From the IMG/VR virus record IMGVR_UViG_3300005676_000004: 64,000 nt of DNA; one strand, written 5' to 3'. Below are positions 19,395 through 28,628 of the stretch, one piece after another (position 1 is the stretch's first letter; each line of letters opens with the position of its first letter). The notes beneath the pieces were generated by a model, which saw only the letters and a program-made list of their open reading frames with translations, ran no database searches and was not told the DNA's origin. The stretch is from a virus. A program made the translations under genes and the position numbers.

Positions 19395-19739
19395 TTAAAG
19401 CTCTTCTAGGTAATCCAGCCCTGCGATCGCGGGGCGGTAGAAATCGTGGGCCCAAATACCAATTAAAACCTCGCACTTGTTCTCCCATCTGCTAGACATG
19501 TGGCCGTAGCGTCTGAATATGCAAACGCCGTAACCCTGCACAACATACTTAGCACCATCTTGCCACATCGTTCCTTCCGGCGTTGCCTCCGGCTCCTCCT
19601 CCCACACCTTCCTCCACCTCAAACTCTCCGCCAAGTGACCTGGTAGAATTGTGACATCACCACCTGCAAAGTCTTCCGGAACATCGCCAGTGTAATCGAT
19701 CACTCCACGATGATCAATGTGTGCTTCAATCGGATTCAT
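19395..19739 (-). CDS. GHL..LRW.K..YRPAI family protein
   Basis: VTILPGHLAESLRWRKV..YRPAIAGLDYLE. Confidence 0.75.
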   Translation of the reverse strand: MNPIEAHIDHRGVIDYTGDVPEDFAGGDVTILPGHLAESLRWRKVWEEEPEATPEGTMWQDGAKYVVQGYGVCIFRRYGHMSSRWENKCEVLIGIWAHDFYRPAIAGLDYLEEL

Positions 19740-19755
19740 CTTGTGGTCTCCGTGT

Positions 19756-20106
19756 TTAAGTTTCCACATAATCGATCCCAGCGACTTCTAGACGATAAAG
19801 ATCGTGATCTTCGCACTCACTCAGTGAGCCGTGCTCGTGAGATATCCAAACCCGATCCCCGTCACCATCAAACCCAAATCGGCATACACCTAAGCCGTCT
19901 ACCTTATACAACTTCTCCTCCTCCGGCTCCTCCTCCCCCACCTTCCTCCACCTCAACGACTCCGCGAGATGTCCTGGTAGGATGGTGATAGGGGTAGTAC
20001 CCATGTACTTATTGACAATAAAATCATTACACCAATCGCCGTAAATATGACTCGGTGCAAATGCTTCTATTAGCTCCATCGCGCGGTCTCCTTGTTTAAG
20101 TTTCAT
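19756..20106 (-). CDS. GHL..LRW.K..YRPAI family protein (start 20106 or 20079)
   Basis: ITILPGHLAESLRWRKVGEEEPE. Confidence 0.75.
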   Translation of the reverse strand: MKLKQGDRAMELIEAFAPSHIYGDWCNDFIVNKYMGTTPITILPGHLAESLRWRKVGEEEPEEEKLYKVDGLGVCRFGFDGDGDRVWISHEHGSLSECEDHDLYRLEVAGIDYVET

Positions 20107-20537
20107 AGATAATCGATTCCTAGTATGGCGGGACGGTAAGTGTCGTCGGGCATAACTTCATAGCGATCGAGCGGATTCTCCCAAACGCTTATGCCGTTCT
20201 CACGTCGCATACAGCATACGCCAAGCTCAGTAACCACGTATAGAGTGCCATCACACCATTCTGTCGCATCCACTGTGAGCTTAGGGTACTCATCCCCCAC
20301 CTTTCTCCATCGTAGCGACTCCGCATGATGTTCTAGCGGCGTAATCTCTTGTGGTTTTCTAGTAGAGTATACTATATTGAACTGACGTGTGGTAATCATC
20401 TTCTGTCCGCATGATTCACAACACATTTCTACGCTTATGCTCGTATCGTCAAACCATTCGTTAGTGAGGCTCTGCTCATGCCCACAATGAGGACAGACGG
20501 CTTCGGCTGTGTTCTCGTGATTGAATGTCGTACTCAT
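20103..20537 (-). CDS. Fusion of CPHC/CxxC zinc-ribbon and LRWRKV..YRPAI module
   Basis: N-terminal half matches 20905-21114; C-terminal half matches the LRWRKV family. Confidence 0.75.
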   Translation of the reverse strand: MSTTFNHENTAEAVCPHCGHEQSLTNEWFDDTSISVEMCCESCGQKMITTRQFNIVYSTRKPQEITPLEHHAESLRWRKVGDEYPKLTVDATEWCDGTLYVVTELGVCCMRRENGISVWENPLDRYEVMPDDTYRPAILGIDYL

Positions 20538-20908
20538 TTTGTAGACTCATCATTTAGTTTTTCTGGGTAATCAATACCAGGTATAGCGGGGCGGTAGAGG
20601 TCGTCAGGGTACACCGAGTACAACGCCCCAGTCGACACGTGATGCCACCTAAATACACCATCTCCAATGGGTTGGTAGCAGGCTAGCCCGCATTCGTCAA
20701 CAACGTATTTCTTCTTCTCTTCCGGCTCCTCCTCTCCCACCTTCCGCCACCTCAGCGAATCCGCGAGATGGCCAGGGAGGATGGTGACTGGAACGCCAAT
20801 TTCACGCAATGCTCCGGTGCTGCTTGTTGCACACATTGTCAGGATAGCCGTGCCATCATCAGTGAGGTAATCGATTAGTTCGAGGTCTGCTTGAATTATC
20901 GGCTTCAT
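20534..20908 (-). CDS. GHL..LRW.K..YRPAI family protein
   Basis: VTILPGHLADSLRWRKVGEEEPE..YRPAIPGIDY. Confidence 0.75.
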   Translation of the reverse strand: MKPIIQADLELIDYLTDDGTAILTMCATSSTGALREIGVPVTILPGHLADSLRWRKVGEEEPEEKKKYVVDECGLACYQPIGDGVFRWHHVSTGALYSVYPDDLYRPAIPGIDYPEKLNDESTK

Positions 20909-21114
20909 CGCGCGGTCTCCTTTGGTTTGCTAGTGGAATATTTAACGTCAAACTCACGTGTAATGATCATCATAAGCCCACACGATCCGCATTCGGATTC
21001 TGTGCTGTCGTCGCAGTAGTCATAACTGAAGAAATCCCAACTATCGCGATGCTCGTATCCACAGTGCGGGCATACAATTTCATCTGTGTTGTCATGGTCA
21101 ATTTCTTTATTCAT
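20905..21114 (-). CDS. Small zinc-ribbon protein
   Basis: VCPHCG...ECGSCG. Confidence 0.7.
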   Translation of the reverse strand: MNKEIDHDNTDEIVCPHCGYEHRDSWDFFSYDYCDDSTESECGSCGLMMIITREFDVKYSTSKPKETAR

Positions 21115-21716
21115 TTTCGGGAGGTCTTAATACTGTTGTAAGATTCCATAATTCGCTCTTTGAATGGGAAGATGCCGCACTTGTATGGTATACAAGTACT
21201 CAAGACTTGTGTTTCGAACTCGCCTGTATTTGGCACAAGAAAGTGTCTGTAGTTTATGTCCACGAGTCCGGTATGCTCATCTTGACCACTCGTTGCAATG
21301 TGAAGATGTAAATGAGCGTAGTGTAGACTGTTGTCAGCAAAGAGAAGAATATCGACGTCTTTGTTCATGTCTAAGGCGTTGACGATAGTGTGCTCTGTAC
21401 CTTTAGACTCACCATCCCACAAAGCAAAAATCTCGTCAGAAGCATTGATGATGTCCATATTGCGGACAAATCCTGCACGTTTGCCATACTTGTCCCAATC
21501 AGGACGAAGTATGAGACTGGGCAACAAATTAGCATTGGCAAAACATTCAGCTAATGTGTCTGCACCTTCAGCACCTCCAGAAACAATTTGAACAGGCTTG
21601 CCTATTTGATTAATTCTGTGTTTGAGACAGTAGGCCAAGATGTCGTAGAAATCAGACGTGAAATGCCTGCTTCCGACGACGCCAATGCTGTATAGCTTGG
21701 TTTCAGCGTCCATCAC
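21111..21716 (-). CDS. SLOG-superfamily (YspA/DUF2493-like) protein
   Basis: IGVVGSRHF, VSGGAEGAD, W..YGKRAGFVRN, WDGESKGT. Confidence 0.85.
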   Translation of the reverse strand: MMDAETKLYSIGVVGSRHFTSDFYDILAYCLKHRINQIGKPVQIVSGGAEGADTLAECFANANLLPSLILRPDWDKYGKRAGFVRNMDIINASDEIFALWDGESKGTEHTIVNALDMNKDVDILLFADNSLHYAHLHLHIATSGQDEHTGLVDINYRHFLVPNTGEFETQVLSTCIPYKCGIFPFKERIMESYNSIKTSRK

Positions 21717-22123
21717 ACTGCTTCCATAGAAAGGGCTTCAACTAGTGCATTAGCATAGGATACTGCGCTGTGAGCAACTTCTTGCCGGATGGTGTGGATT
21801 GACTCACCAGCTTCCTTGAAAATTCCAACCTCTCCTTCCGCGTCGTACAGCGGTATTTTAATGATTAACACCTGCATTGCCAAGGCTGCGAAGTAGTCTC
21901 TCCTGCTAAGTACTCCCCGAGTTGATGCAGTAGGTTCTCTCGGTAGCTCCGTACTTTTTTCAGCAATCCTTTGAAGTAACCCCTGTTCAAGTTCAGTCAG
22001 TCTATTAATTTCGTTAGTAACTGCCGTTAGAGCATCATCAATTGAAAGACTACCAAAATTATCATGATCCAACTGGGCACTATTGAGTTGCTGAAGAATC
22101 TTCAAGGCAAAATTTATATCCAT
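21713..22123 (-). CDS. Conserved phage protein (RDYFAA.AMQ family)
   Basis: LSRRDYFAALAMQ..AVSYANAL. Confidence 0.7.
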   Translation of the reverse strand: MDINFALKILQQLNSAQLDHDNFGSLSIDDALTAVTNEINRLTELEQGLLQRIAEKSTELPREPTASTRGVLSRRDYFAALAMQVLIIKIPLYDAEGEVGIFKEAGESIHTIRQEVAHSAVSYANALVEALSMEAV

Positions 22124-22129
22124 AGGAGC

Positions 22130-22510
22130 TTAGCTTTCTGTTTTTTCATCGTTAGAATCTTCGTGTTCTTCATCACCATTTCCACTACCATGGTAGACTT
22201 CTAACTGTTTCAAGTATTCTTCCCAACCTAACTCACGGGCGGCGAGAACATGATTTGTTGATGCTTGCATCATCGCTCCAGTTGCACCGGAGTCCACAGT
22301 AAGCATGGCTTTCTGAAGTTTCTTCATGTCTTCATTTTCATCAGCGGTCAGTCCATAAATGTTTTGGAACTGTGTGAACTCTGGCTTAGCGTCTGGATTC
22401 TCATCAAGCCACGCTAGTCCGGCAAGTACCATATCTTGGCAACATTTTTCATATCCACCGCCAAAACCGCTGATATAGTCTGCTCCTTCTGGGTATTTAC
22501 GTTCAATCAT
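22130..22510 (-). CDS. Hypothetical phage protein
   Basis: GFGGGYE..C..ATGAM motif. Confidence 0.6.
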   Translation of the reverse strand: MIERKYPEGADYISGFGGGYEKCCQDMVLAGLAWLDENPDAKPEFTQFQNIYGLTADENEDMKKLQKAMLTVDSGATGAMMQASTNHVLAARELGWEEYLKQLEVYHGSGNGDEEHEDSNDEKTES

Positions 22511-22788
22511 ACTAGTTCTCCTTTAATGTTAACCAATTTCCCTTGCGGGTGATATTCAACTTTATGGGTTGTCATGTAGTCTTTAATTTGTTGTGCCGAA
22601 GGCCATCCGCCTTTTATGGCTAAGTCTTCCTCACTCGTTGCTCCATCAAAATTTCTCTCCAAGCCCTCTATGACGGCGTAACAATAGTCTCGCAATAAAT
22701 CGGTTGGGAATGGAGGTCTATTCTGCTCTGGAATAATCAGGCGTGGTGCTAACTCTTCGGCAGAGTCGACCTTAGCCGTTCTACGCAC
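22507..22788 (-). CDS. Hypothetical protein
   Basis: GTG start, ATGA-coupled to the downstream gene. Confidence 0.5.
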   Translation of the reverse strand: MRRTAKVDSAEELAPRLIIPEQNRPPFPTDLLRDYCYAVIEGLERNFDGATSEEDLAIKGGWPSAQQIKDYMTTHKVEYHPQGKLVNIKGELV

Positions 22789-22930
22789 TCCGCAAAGACA
22801 GTACTGTAGTACGTACTGTTTTCATCCTGAAGTGCTTCGGCGTTCTTCTTTTCATTCTTAATAAATTCAATAAATTGAATATCACTCATAGAGTGAAGTA
22901 GTTCTTTCATTTCAGTTGTAGCCATAGTTG

Positions 22931-23428
22931 TTACCCTTCTATGCTATTGGTAAAATTTTGCAAGCGTTGCTCGTATACTAATCCAGCGTCGTGTAAAGCA
23001 TCAATGATATTGACAGCAAAACTTTTCAAGTATTCTTCGCCGTACCCATCATACGCGTACGTCGCAAACGTGTAATCAAGATCATGTTGGAAGTCACAAC
23101 CTATCAGCCAATGTACTGATGGCTTCTTCCACCTATACTGATCATCATCCCACGTGTCAAATCCTCTGCTCTCTTCTCGTCGAATGTGTTCTGGGAAGTA
23201 TCGTTCTAACTGTAAAGCATGGAGACGTTCTTCCACTGACTGAATAGTGTCATCTGCCGTGAACACACAATTTATACCAGGCCATAACATTATGTACACC
23301 CACTCTCGATTCTTCCGTTGACCTTCCGATGGTGGACAAATGATTGTCTTAAAGCGAACGCCACGGTAGTCGTAGAATTTCTCATTGCGGTCAAGAGAAA
23401 TTGGTTCTAGTTCGTGTTTGATGCTCAT
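22931..23428 (-). CDS. Hypothetical phage protein (IGCDFQH motif)
   Basis: 165-aa co-oriented ORF. Confidence 0.6.
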   Translation of the reverse strand: MSIKHELEPISLDRNEKFYDYRGVRFKTIICPPSEGQRKNREWVYIMLWPGINCVFTADDTIQSVEERLHALQLERYFPEHIRREESRGFDTWDDDQYRWKKPSVHWLIGCDFQHDLDYTFATYAYDGYGEEYLKSFAVNIIDALHDAGLVYEQRLQNFTNSIEG

Positions 23429-23444
23429 GTTGATCCCGTGTATT

Positions 23445-23506
23445 AGTGTACCCCATTGGGTACATTTCTTTCAGTAAACAGTTTTATGTACCCAATGGGG
23501 TACACT
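23445..23506. repeat. Perfect 21-bp inverted repeat with self-complementary arms
   Basis: AGTGTACCCCATTGGGTACAT-N20-ATGTACCCAATGGGGTACACT. Confidence 0.95.
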
Positions 23507-23521
23507 GAGTTGATACCCCGA

Positions 23522-23875
23522 CTACTCAGTTCTCCAGACTCTAATGGTAATACCACTAGTAGCTTGATCTCCCGTAGAGTTTCTATAACCTCGTTTACGA
23601 CGACTGCCGCATAGACGACCAGAAAATTTTTTCTTTGTTGATCGACCTCGTGAAGCTAATAAGTTTCGGAAAAATACATCATTCATATTTTCGGGTAATG
23701 TGACTACAAACGAATCTCCAACTTCTAACGCATCTAGGGTCTTGTAAACTTTATCTCTGAATTTGCTAGAACTAGTGGAACGTGGGGGAATGACTACCCC
23801 CTTCTCAATTACAAATTCATAGTTCTCGTCAACGTGTGTCGCGATGTTTTCGCTAGTGTTCGTGGTTGTCTTCAT
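23522..23875 (-). CDS. Putative small DNA-binding phage protein
   Basis: IEKGVVIPP..Y..L..LEVGDSFVV..IRVWRT pattern. Confidence 0.55.
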   Translation of the reverse strand: MKTTTNTSENIATHVDENYEFVIEKGVVIPPRSTSSSKFRDKVYKTLDALEVGDSFVVTLPENMNDVFFRNLLASRGRSTKKKFSGRLCGSRRKRGYRNSTGDQATSGITIRVWRTE

Positions 23876-23879
23876 TTGA

Positions 23880-24047
23880 TTACTCCGTCGTTACGTGAAT
23901 AGTATAATCATCGTGCTGTTCTTCCGGCATATCACGAAACTCCTTTACAGATTTTGATAATGCTCGTTGTCTATCAAAATCTTCTTGAGATTCTAGTGAA
24001 TGAAACGAGCGTGTGCAGGAAGATCGATTACAAATTTCGCAAGCCAT
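23880..24047 (-). CDS. Small Cys/His protein (not in the ORF track, 55 aa)
   Basis: MACEICNRSSCTRSFHSLESQEDFD..; GAGG RBS upstream. Confidence 0.6.
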   Translation of the reverse strand: MACEICNRSSCTRSFHSLESQEDFDRQRALSKSVKEFRDMPEEQHDDYTIHVTTE

Positions 24048-24069
24048 AGGTCGGCAACCTCCTCAGTGA

Positions 24070-24390
24070 TTAAAGATTTTCAATTAAGCCTCTAGTATCA
24101 ATGGGTACGCTGTATAACCCAAGAGCTACTTGAATTCGATGCGCCTCAACTAGGGCATCCTCTAACCGAACAAAGGAGTTAATTGTGACTCGGTTCAAGG
24201 CCACCTTAAACTCACCATTGAATTTAGAAACTCCGACCACTGGCTTTGGAATTGTTTCCTCCAATGATTCTATCAATCGAACAGCTTCCTTAAATATTTT
24301 TGCATTCTTTGCATGTCTACGTCCGTAGCCATACTGCTGAAATATGTCTGCTATTCTTAGAAGTTTGCCAATGACAATGCTTTTATCCAT
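24070..24390 (-). CDS. Hypothetical protein
   Basis: GAGG RBS; co-oriented. Confidence 0.6.
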   Translation of the reverse strand: MDKSIVIGKLLRIADIFQQYGYGRRHAKNAKIFKEAVRLIESLEETIPKPVVGVSKFNGEFKVALNRVTINSFVRLEDALVEAHRIQVALGLYSVPIDTRGLIENL

Positions 24391-24410
24391 GATGTCCTCG
24401 TTGGGTCTGG

Positions 24411-24761
24411 TTAGTAGTTGCTAGATACGTGGTTGTAGAAACTAAGGAAATTTACAAACTCCCGTGTTGACGAAAACCGATGGGTTGTAATGGAGTGCGA
24501 ACTAATGTTCGTGACCTTAATCGTAGTCGGATCGAAGTCAACCACCAGTGTAGCATCAATGAGAGGTGAGTCCTTCCATGAGAAACATCCCACTCGATTG
24601 GTGAACACGAGTGTAATCTTCCCGCTTGCACTCCAATTAAGACTAGGCCCGAGGTCATCACTCATGTAACGAATGAGACTTTCTACTTCCTTGACGTTCG
24701 TGTCTGGAAATAGCTGACGGTATGCGCGGAGTTGAAGTTCCATCATTTTTTGCGTTGTCAT
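24411..24761 (-). CDS. Hypothetical protein
   Basis: AAGGAG RBS; follows a promoter-like TATGTTGC box near 24782. Confidence 0.6.
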   Translation of the reverse strand: MTTQKMMELQLRAYRQLFPDTNVKEVESLIRYMSDDLGPSLNWSASGKITLVFTNRVGCFSWKDSPLIDATLVVDFDPTTIKVTNISSHSITTHRFSSTREFVNFLSFYNHVSSNY

Positions 24762-24846
24762 AAGGTTCTCCTTGTGTTTCTGCAACATACGAAAAATCAC
24801 CGAGAAAGATTCAAGGAGATTTTGAAATTACGTATTTATACGCAAG

Positions 24847-25320
24847 TTACTTCTCTGCTCTATTCTCTAGACGTATATCCTCAACGTCTTGACCAACGAG
24901 GTGTTTAGCGATAAAATGTAGACCTCGGTGAACCTCGTACGCGGCTCTAATAGCTCCAACTAGTTGCTCTACTGTTCTTCTTGATAATGATGCATTTGTT
25001 AAACCTTCCTTCACGGTAGTGTCTAGGCGTTTCGTAATCTCTTCAACAATTATCGCATACCTTTCTAGCGTCTTACTAATATCGTGATACATATTTAGCA
25101 TGTATTTGGGTAAATCAACTACAAAGGCACAACCATTAGCAATATCTCGCAACTGTTGAGCGTGAGTTTCCGCCTCTTGTTCAGTGTTAAAGCAGTTACC
25201 GAAGTTATAGCAACCTTGATCAAAATGATTATCACCCTCCCAAAGTCTATAATCTACTGTACCAAATCCGGTAACGTAGTAGTAAACATCTTTGTATTTC
25301 GGTTTAAATCGTTCCATCAC
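24847..25320 (-). CDS. FKP..Y..W..GNCF family protein
   Basis: ERFKPKYKDVYYYV..W..GNCFNTEQEAE. Confidence 0.75.
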   Translation of the reverse strand: MMERFKPKYKDVYYYVTGFGTVDYRLWEGDNHFDQGCYNFGNCFNTEQEAETHAQQLRDIANGCAFVVDLPKYMLNMYHDISKTLERYAIIVEEITKRLDTTVKEGLTNASLSRRTVEQLVGAIRAAYEVHRGLHFIAKHLVGQDVEDIRLENRAEK

Positions 25321-25724
25321 ATCCCCTCCAGTTCGTCGGCGTAGTAGTACGAGTTACCAATGATGTACCAAACCCTGTCGGGGTTAGGTGTGCCGTGAGT
25401 TGCCTGATCATACACCTTCACCATAATTTCCCTCGGTGGTGGGGGAGTTGGTTGAAAGTATATAATTTTAGCTTTTACGCTAGGTAGATCGGCGGTGCTT
25501 TCCACTTCAAACCCTTCCGGCACATCAACAACAACAGCGCGACCTGAAGCGATACGTTTGTCACGGTCTATCTTGGATTGGGCCTCCGCTTCAGTGCGGA
25601 AGCAGTTACCAGAATCATATCGGTATTTGTCTATGTTGTCGCCACACCATTCACTTTGTGATGGTGGATTATCTCTGTTGATAACGAAATACGTCTCCCC
25701 CTTCTCTGGCTTAAATCGTTCCAT
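25317..25724 (-). CDS. FKP..Y..W..GNCF family protein
   Basis: ERFKPEKGETYFVI..W..GNCFRTEAEAQ. Confidence 0.75.
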   Translation of the reverse strand: MERFKPEKGETYFVINRDNPPSQSEWCGDNIDKYRYDSGNCFRTEAEAQSKIDRDKRIASGRAVVVDVPEGFEVESTADLPSVKAKIIYFQPTPPPPREIMVKVYDQATHGTPNPDRVWYIIGNSYYYADELEGM

Positions 25725-26163
25725 CGCAATCCCTCCAATTCATCTCGTCGTTGTAATAATAATACTGCTTAGAAAGTGTATGCGTGTAAGTATACATCCG
25801 TTCGCGATCTGGTTCGCCATGTATATGTACATCATAAACTTTTACCGTGACCTCTTTCGGTGGTGGGGGAGTGCGACTCATTAAGTATACACGCATAAGC
25901 GGCACACTTTGCGCATCAGTGGGTGGTATAACCTTCCCCATCTCATATCCTTCCGGTATATCAACAACAGCGGCACGGCCTGAAGCGATGCGCATGAGCA
26001 TGTCACGGTGGGCTTCGGCTTGCTCTTTGGTCGGGAAGCAGTTACCAATTGCGTATCGACGCTTGTCTACGCAGTCGCCATCCCACGAACTATGCACAAC
26101 TGTGTTGTCAATCGCAATGAACCAGTACCTCTGCCCCTTCTCCGGCTTAAATCTGTTTGTCAT
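25711..26163 (-). CDS. FKP..Y..W..GNCF family protein
   Basis: RFKPEKGQRYWFI..W..GNCFPTKEQAE. Confidence 0.75.
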   Translation of the reverse strand: MTNRFKPEKGQRYWFIAIDNTVVHSSWDGDCVDKRRYAIGNCFPTKEQAEAHRDMLMRIASGRAAVVDIPEGYEMGKVIPPTDAQSVPLMRVYLMSRTPPPPKEVTVKVYDVHIHGEPDRERMYTYTHTLSKQYYYYNDEMNWRDCDGTI

Positions 26164-26801
26164 GAAATTTCCTTTCGCATCGGTTGTTCATCGTTTGATG
26201 TGTAATGTACTTCTAGCTTTGAATTAGTTAATCCTTCAACAATGGTTTTATATTCTGTCCGCCATTTCATTTCTCGTATTATCTGTTGTACTAGGTAATC
26301 CCATTCAACGCCCTTTGTCCATTTCTTCCATTCGTTGATTGACCATTCATCTTTATTAGAAACTGATACACTTTTACCCCATTTTCCTTTAGAGTAATCT
26401 ATCATGAACATTACAGATTCACAATTGATCTCCACATAAATTTCAGTAGGAATGTCATGATTATCATCACTGTTTGCCCATGATTCTACATCTGCAAATA
26501 ATTGACGTAATCGATCATCGTCAGTTGGCCAAGATGTGTCGTAATATTTATTTGGTTCATTTCGCAACAAGTGAAATATAAACTTTATCATTTGTCGTTT
26601 ATTCCATACGCGAGTGTCTCTTGCTATCCACAGAAGCCATTCAAGTCGGTTACAAGATTCAATTGCTTCGCTAAGAGAATTAAATTTGTCTGCAAATTCA
26701 AGACCAGGGCCACATGCATTTAGATATTTGAGTGCTGTTACATGTGGCTTAGTGATTTCCGAAGTATTAGATGCTTCGTTGTCTGTCATACGTACCTCCA
26801 T
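26160..26801 (-). CDS. Hypothetical phage protein (L..LNAC..G..WLLW motif)
   Basis: LKYLNACGPG..CNRLEWLLWIA. Confidence 0.6.
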   Translation of the reverse strand: MEVRMTDNEASNTSEITKPHVTALKYLNACGPGLEFADKFNSLSEAIESCNRLEWLLWIARDTRVWNKRQMIKFIFHLLRNEPNKYYDTSWPTDDDRLRQLFADVESWANSDDNHDIPTEIYVEINCESVMFMIDYSKGKWGKSVSVSNKDEWSINEWKKWTKGVEWDYLVQQIIREMKWRTEYKTIVEGLTNSKLEVHYTSNDEQPMRKEIS

Positions 26802-27217
26802 TTTGGTGTATCATCGCCATCGATGTCGCTAAGATAAAAGTATCTACCTCCACCCGGTAGATACCAATAACGACGAGAGTCGTCTGGTTCACCATGCTCG
26901 GTGATAGTATAGATATGTATAGCTGCCTGTTCTGGTTGGGGTGGATTGGGTGGATTGGGTTCAAACCGAACAATACAGTGATCATCTTCGTACTTTGTAT
27001 CCACATATTTACAGTTATCAGGAATAAACACTGCAACCGCCTTTTTGTTTAATAGTCCTACAACATCATCTGCCTCTTTTTGAGTTCTAAAGCAATTACC
27101 ATTAGAAACAAGGTGTATGTGGTCAGGATTAAACAGATCAAAAAAGTCTGTACGAGACATACCATTTTTGTCCACATACCAAAAACGTTCATATTCTTTT
27201 GGTGTCCACTTCTTCAT
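26786..27217 (-). CDS. FKP..Y..W..GNCF family protein
   Basis: KWTPKEYERFWYV..GNCFRTQKEAD. Confidence 0.7.
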   Translation of the reverse strand: MKKWTPKEYERFWYVDKNGMSRTDFFDLFNPDHIHLVSNGNCFRTQKEADDVVGLLNKKAVAVFIPDNCKYVDTKYEDDHCIVRFEPNPPNPPQPEQAAIHIYTITEHGEPDDSRRYWYLPGGGRYFYLSDIDGDDTPKWRYV

Positions 27218-27257
27218 TACTGTGCCTCTTGTATTATAAGATTTGTAAATGTTTGAC

Positions 27258-27575
27258 TCATTGACTCCATGGCAATTGAATTGCAATCAAGTCATGTTTG
27301 GTTAATTGTATGAAGTGCAAACGATACCACTGCCATCGTACTTCTTGTCGATCATTGAAATTTTCGGGCAACACTATGTTATTAGATATGACTTTGTGTA
27401 TCATGTCAATGTATGTTAGTGCAGCTCCAGGAGTCTTGTGAACATTGCCTATTGAGAAGGCAAACTCATCACGTAGAGTTCCATGCCATGATGATCTTCG
27501 TACATCTTCAGCCTCAAAATCTATGTAGTAATATTCATCGCCATCTTCGGGGTACGGGCGTTCTGTGTTCATCAT
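27258..27575 (-). CDS. FKP..Y..W..GN family protein
   Basis: PYPEDGDEYYYI..W..GNVHKT. Confidence 0.65.
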   Translation of the reverse strand: MMNTERPYPEDGDEYYYIDFEAEDVRRSSWHGTLRDEFAFSIGNVHKTPGAALTYIDMIHKVISNNIVLPENFNDRQEVRWQWYRLHFIQLTKHDLIAIQLPWSQ

Positions 27576-28039
27576 GGCATCGCCGCTATAATGATGAGCG
27601 CGGCACAGCAAAGCACGGCAAGTATCCAAATCATTACGTCGCCAAAATCCAATTTCTTCTCTCCTGGCGGCTCCGGTGCTTCACCTTCTTTGATCATGCG
27701 AATTGCAGGACCCGAAGGAGTAGTTTGAATAAACTCTTCTTTCGGTTCAAATCGTTTGCCTTCTATACCACACAAATACTTATTTAAACGAGCATTTTCA
27801 CATGATCGGTAACGCGTGTCATCAACTAACGTACCATTCACTACGTTTATACTTTTGCTTGGTTTGGTAAAAAGATTGCATACATCAAAAGATGAATAAC
27901 CACTCCGAGGTGTAGATTTAGAACAATGTTTACAATGTATGCAAAGTTTAACATCTAGAGAGTTTGCATCTACGGTCGGAGTTCTCTGCTCAATTGTATC
28001 ACTGTATCTCATTATTAAATCTCGATAGTAATTTAACAC
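27572..28039 (-). CDS. Cys-rich CxxC..CG..GK.FEPK protein with C-terminal TM
   Basis: LCIHCKHC..CGIEGKRFEPK; hydrophobic tail. Confidence 0.65.
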   Translation of the reverse strand: MLNYYRDLIMRYSDTIEQRTPTVDANSLDVKLCIHCKHCSKSTPRSGYSSFDVCNLFTKPSKSINVVNGTLVDDTRYRSCENARLNKYLCGIEGKRFEPKEEFIQTTPSGPAIRMIKEGEAPEPPGEKKLDFGDVMIWILAVLCCAALIIIAAMP

Positions 28040-28373
28040 GTATCATCCTAGGGACAGAACTCAGTTTTTGTAAGCCGCGCGGGATTCTTAAAATAAGCTC
28101 AAAAAGACCCCAGACTACAAGAACTGGAGGGACTATGAGTATAGCTACGGGAACCAATATCCATCCGATCATAAACGAAAACATAGCACCTTCAACTAGA
28201 AAAAATGCTATGTTACTAATCTTACTTAGGAAATGAGGTTCCTCGGTAGCTCCAGTCTCCTTGTATTCGTTAAGAGCGTTTATATATCTACCAAAAGTGA
28301 TTGCAATAGTTGCTAAAGAAGCAAATATTAAATACTCAGTTAGAAAATCAATTCCAAATAATGTTAGAAGCAT
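27999..28373 (-). CDS. Membrane protein
   Basis: Two to three TM segments. Confidence 0.6.
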   Translation of the reverse strand: MLLTLFGIDFLTEYLIFASLATIAITFGRYINALNEYKETGATEEPHFLSKISNIAFFLVEGAMFSFMIGWILVPVAILIVPPVLVVWGLFELILRIPRGLQKLSSVPRMIRVKLLSRFNNEIQ

Positions 28374-28424
28374 AGTGCTTTCCTCTATGGTGTGTCGGAA
28401 AAAGTTTCTTTAAGACAAAACTGT

Positions 28425-28628
28425 TTAGAAGATGGATATGATAGACATTAGGAACCACGCAGTAACAGCTAAGAATCCTACTAGAAGCATAAGTGCCATA
28501 GCACCAAATGCACAAGTGAGGAGGAGCATCAATACACGATCCCCACGCTCTTGTAGTGACTTGTCCGTTGAGTTATCTCCGTCTAATTGAACTTTGGACG
28601 ACATAGGCATGTATATGTAGTCAATCAT
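28425..28628 (-). CDS. Small membrane protein
   Basis: Hydrophobic C-terminal half; ATGA-coupled. Confidence 0.55.
   Translation of the reverse strand: MIDYIYMPMSSKVQLDGDNSTDKSLQERGDRVLMLLLTCAFGAMALMLLVGFLAVTAWFLMSIISIF

Noticed and set aside
27744-27753. GGTTCAAATC resembling a tRNA T-loop
   Set aside because: Lies inside a coding gene, with no acceptor stem or D-arm
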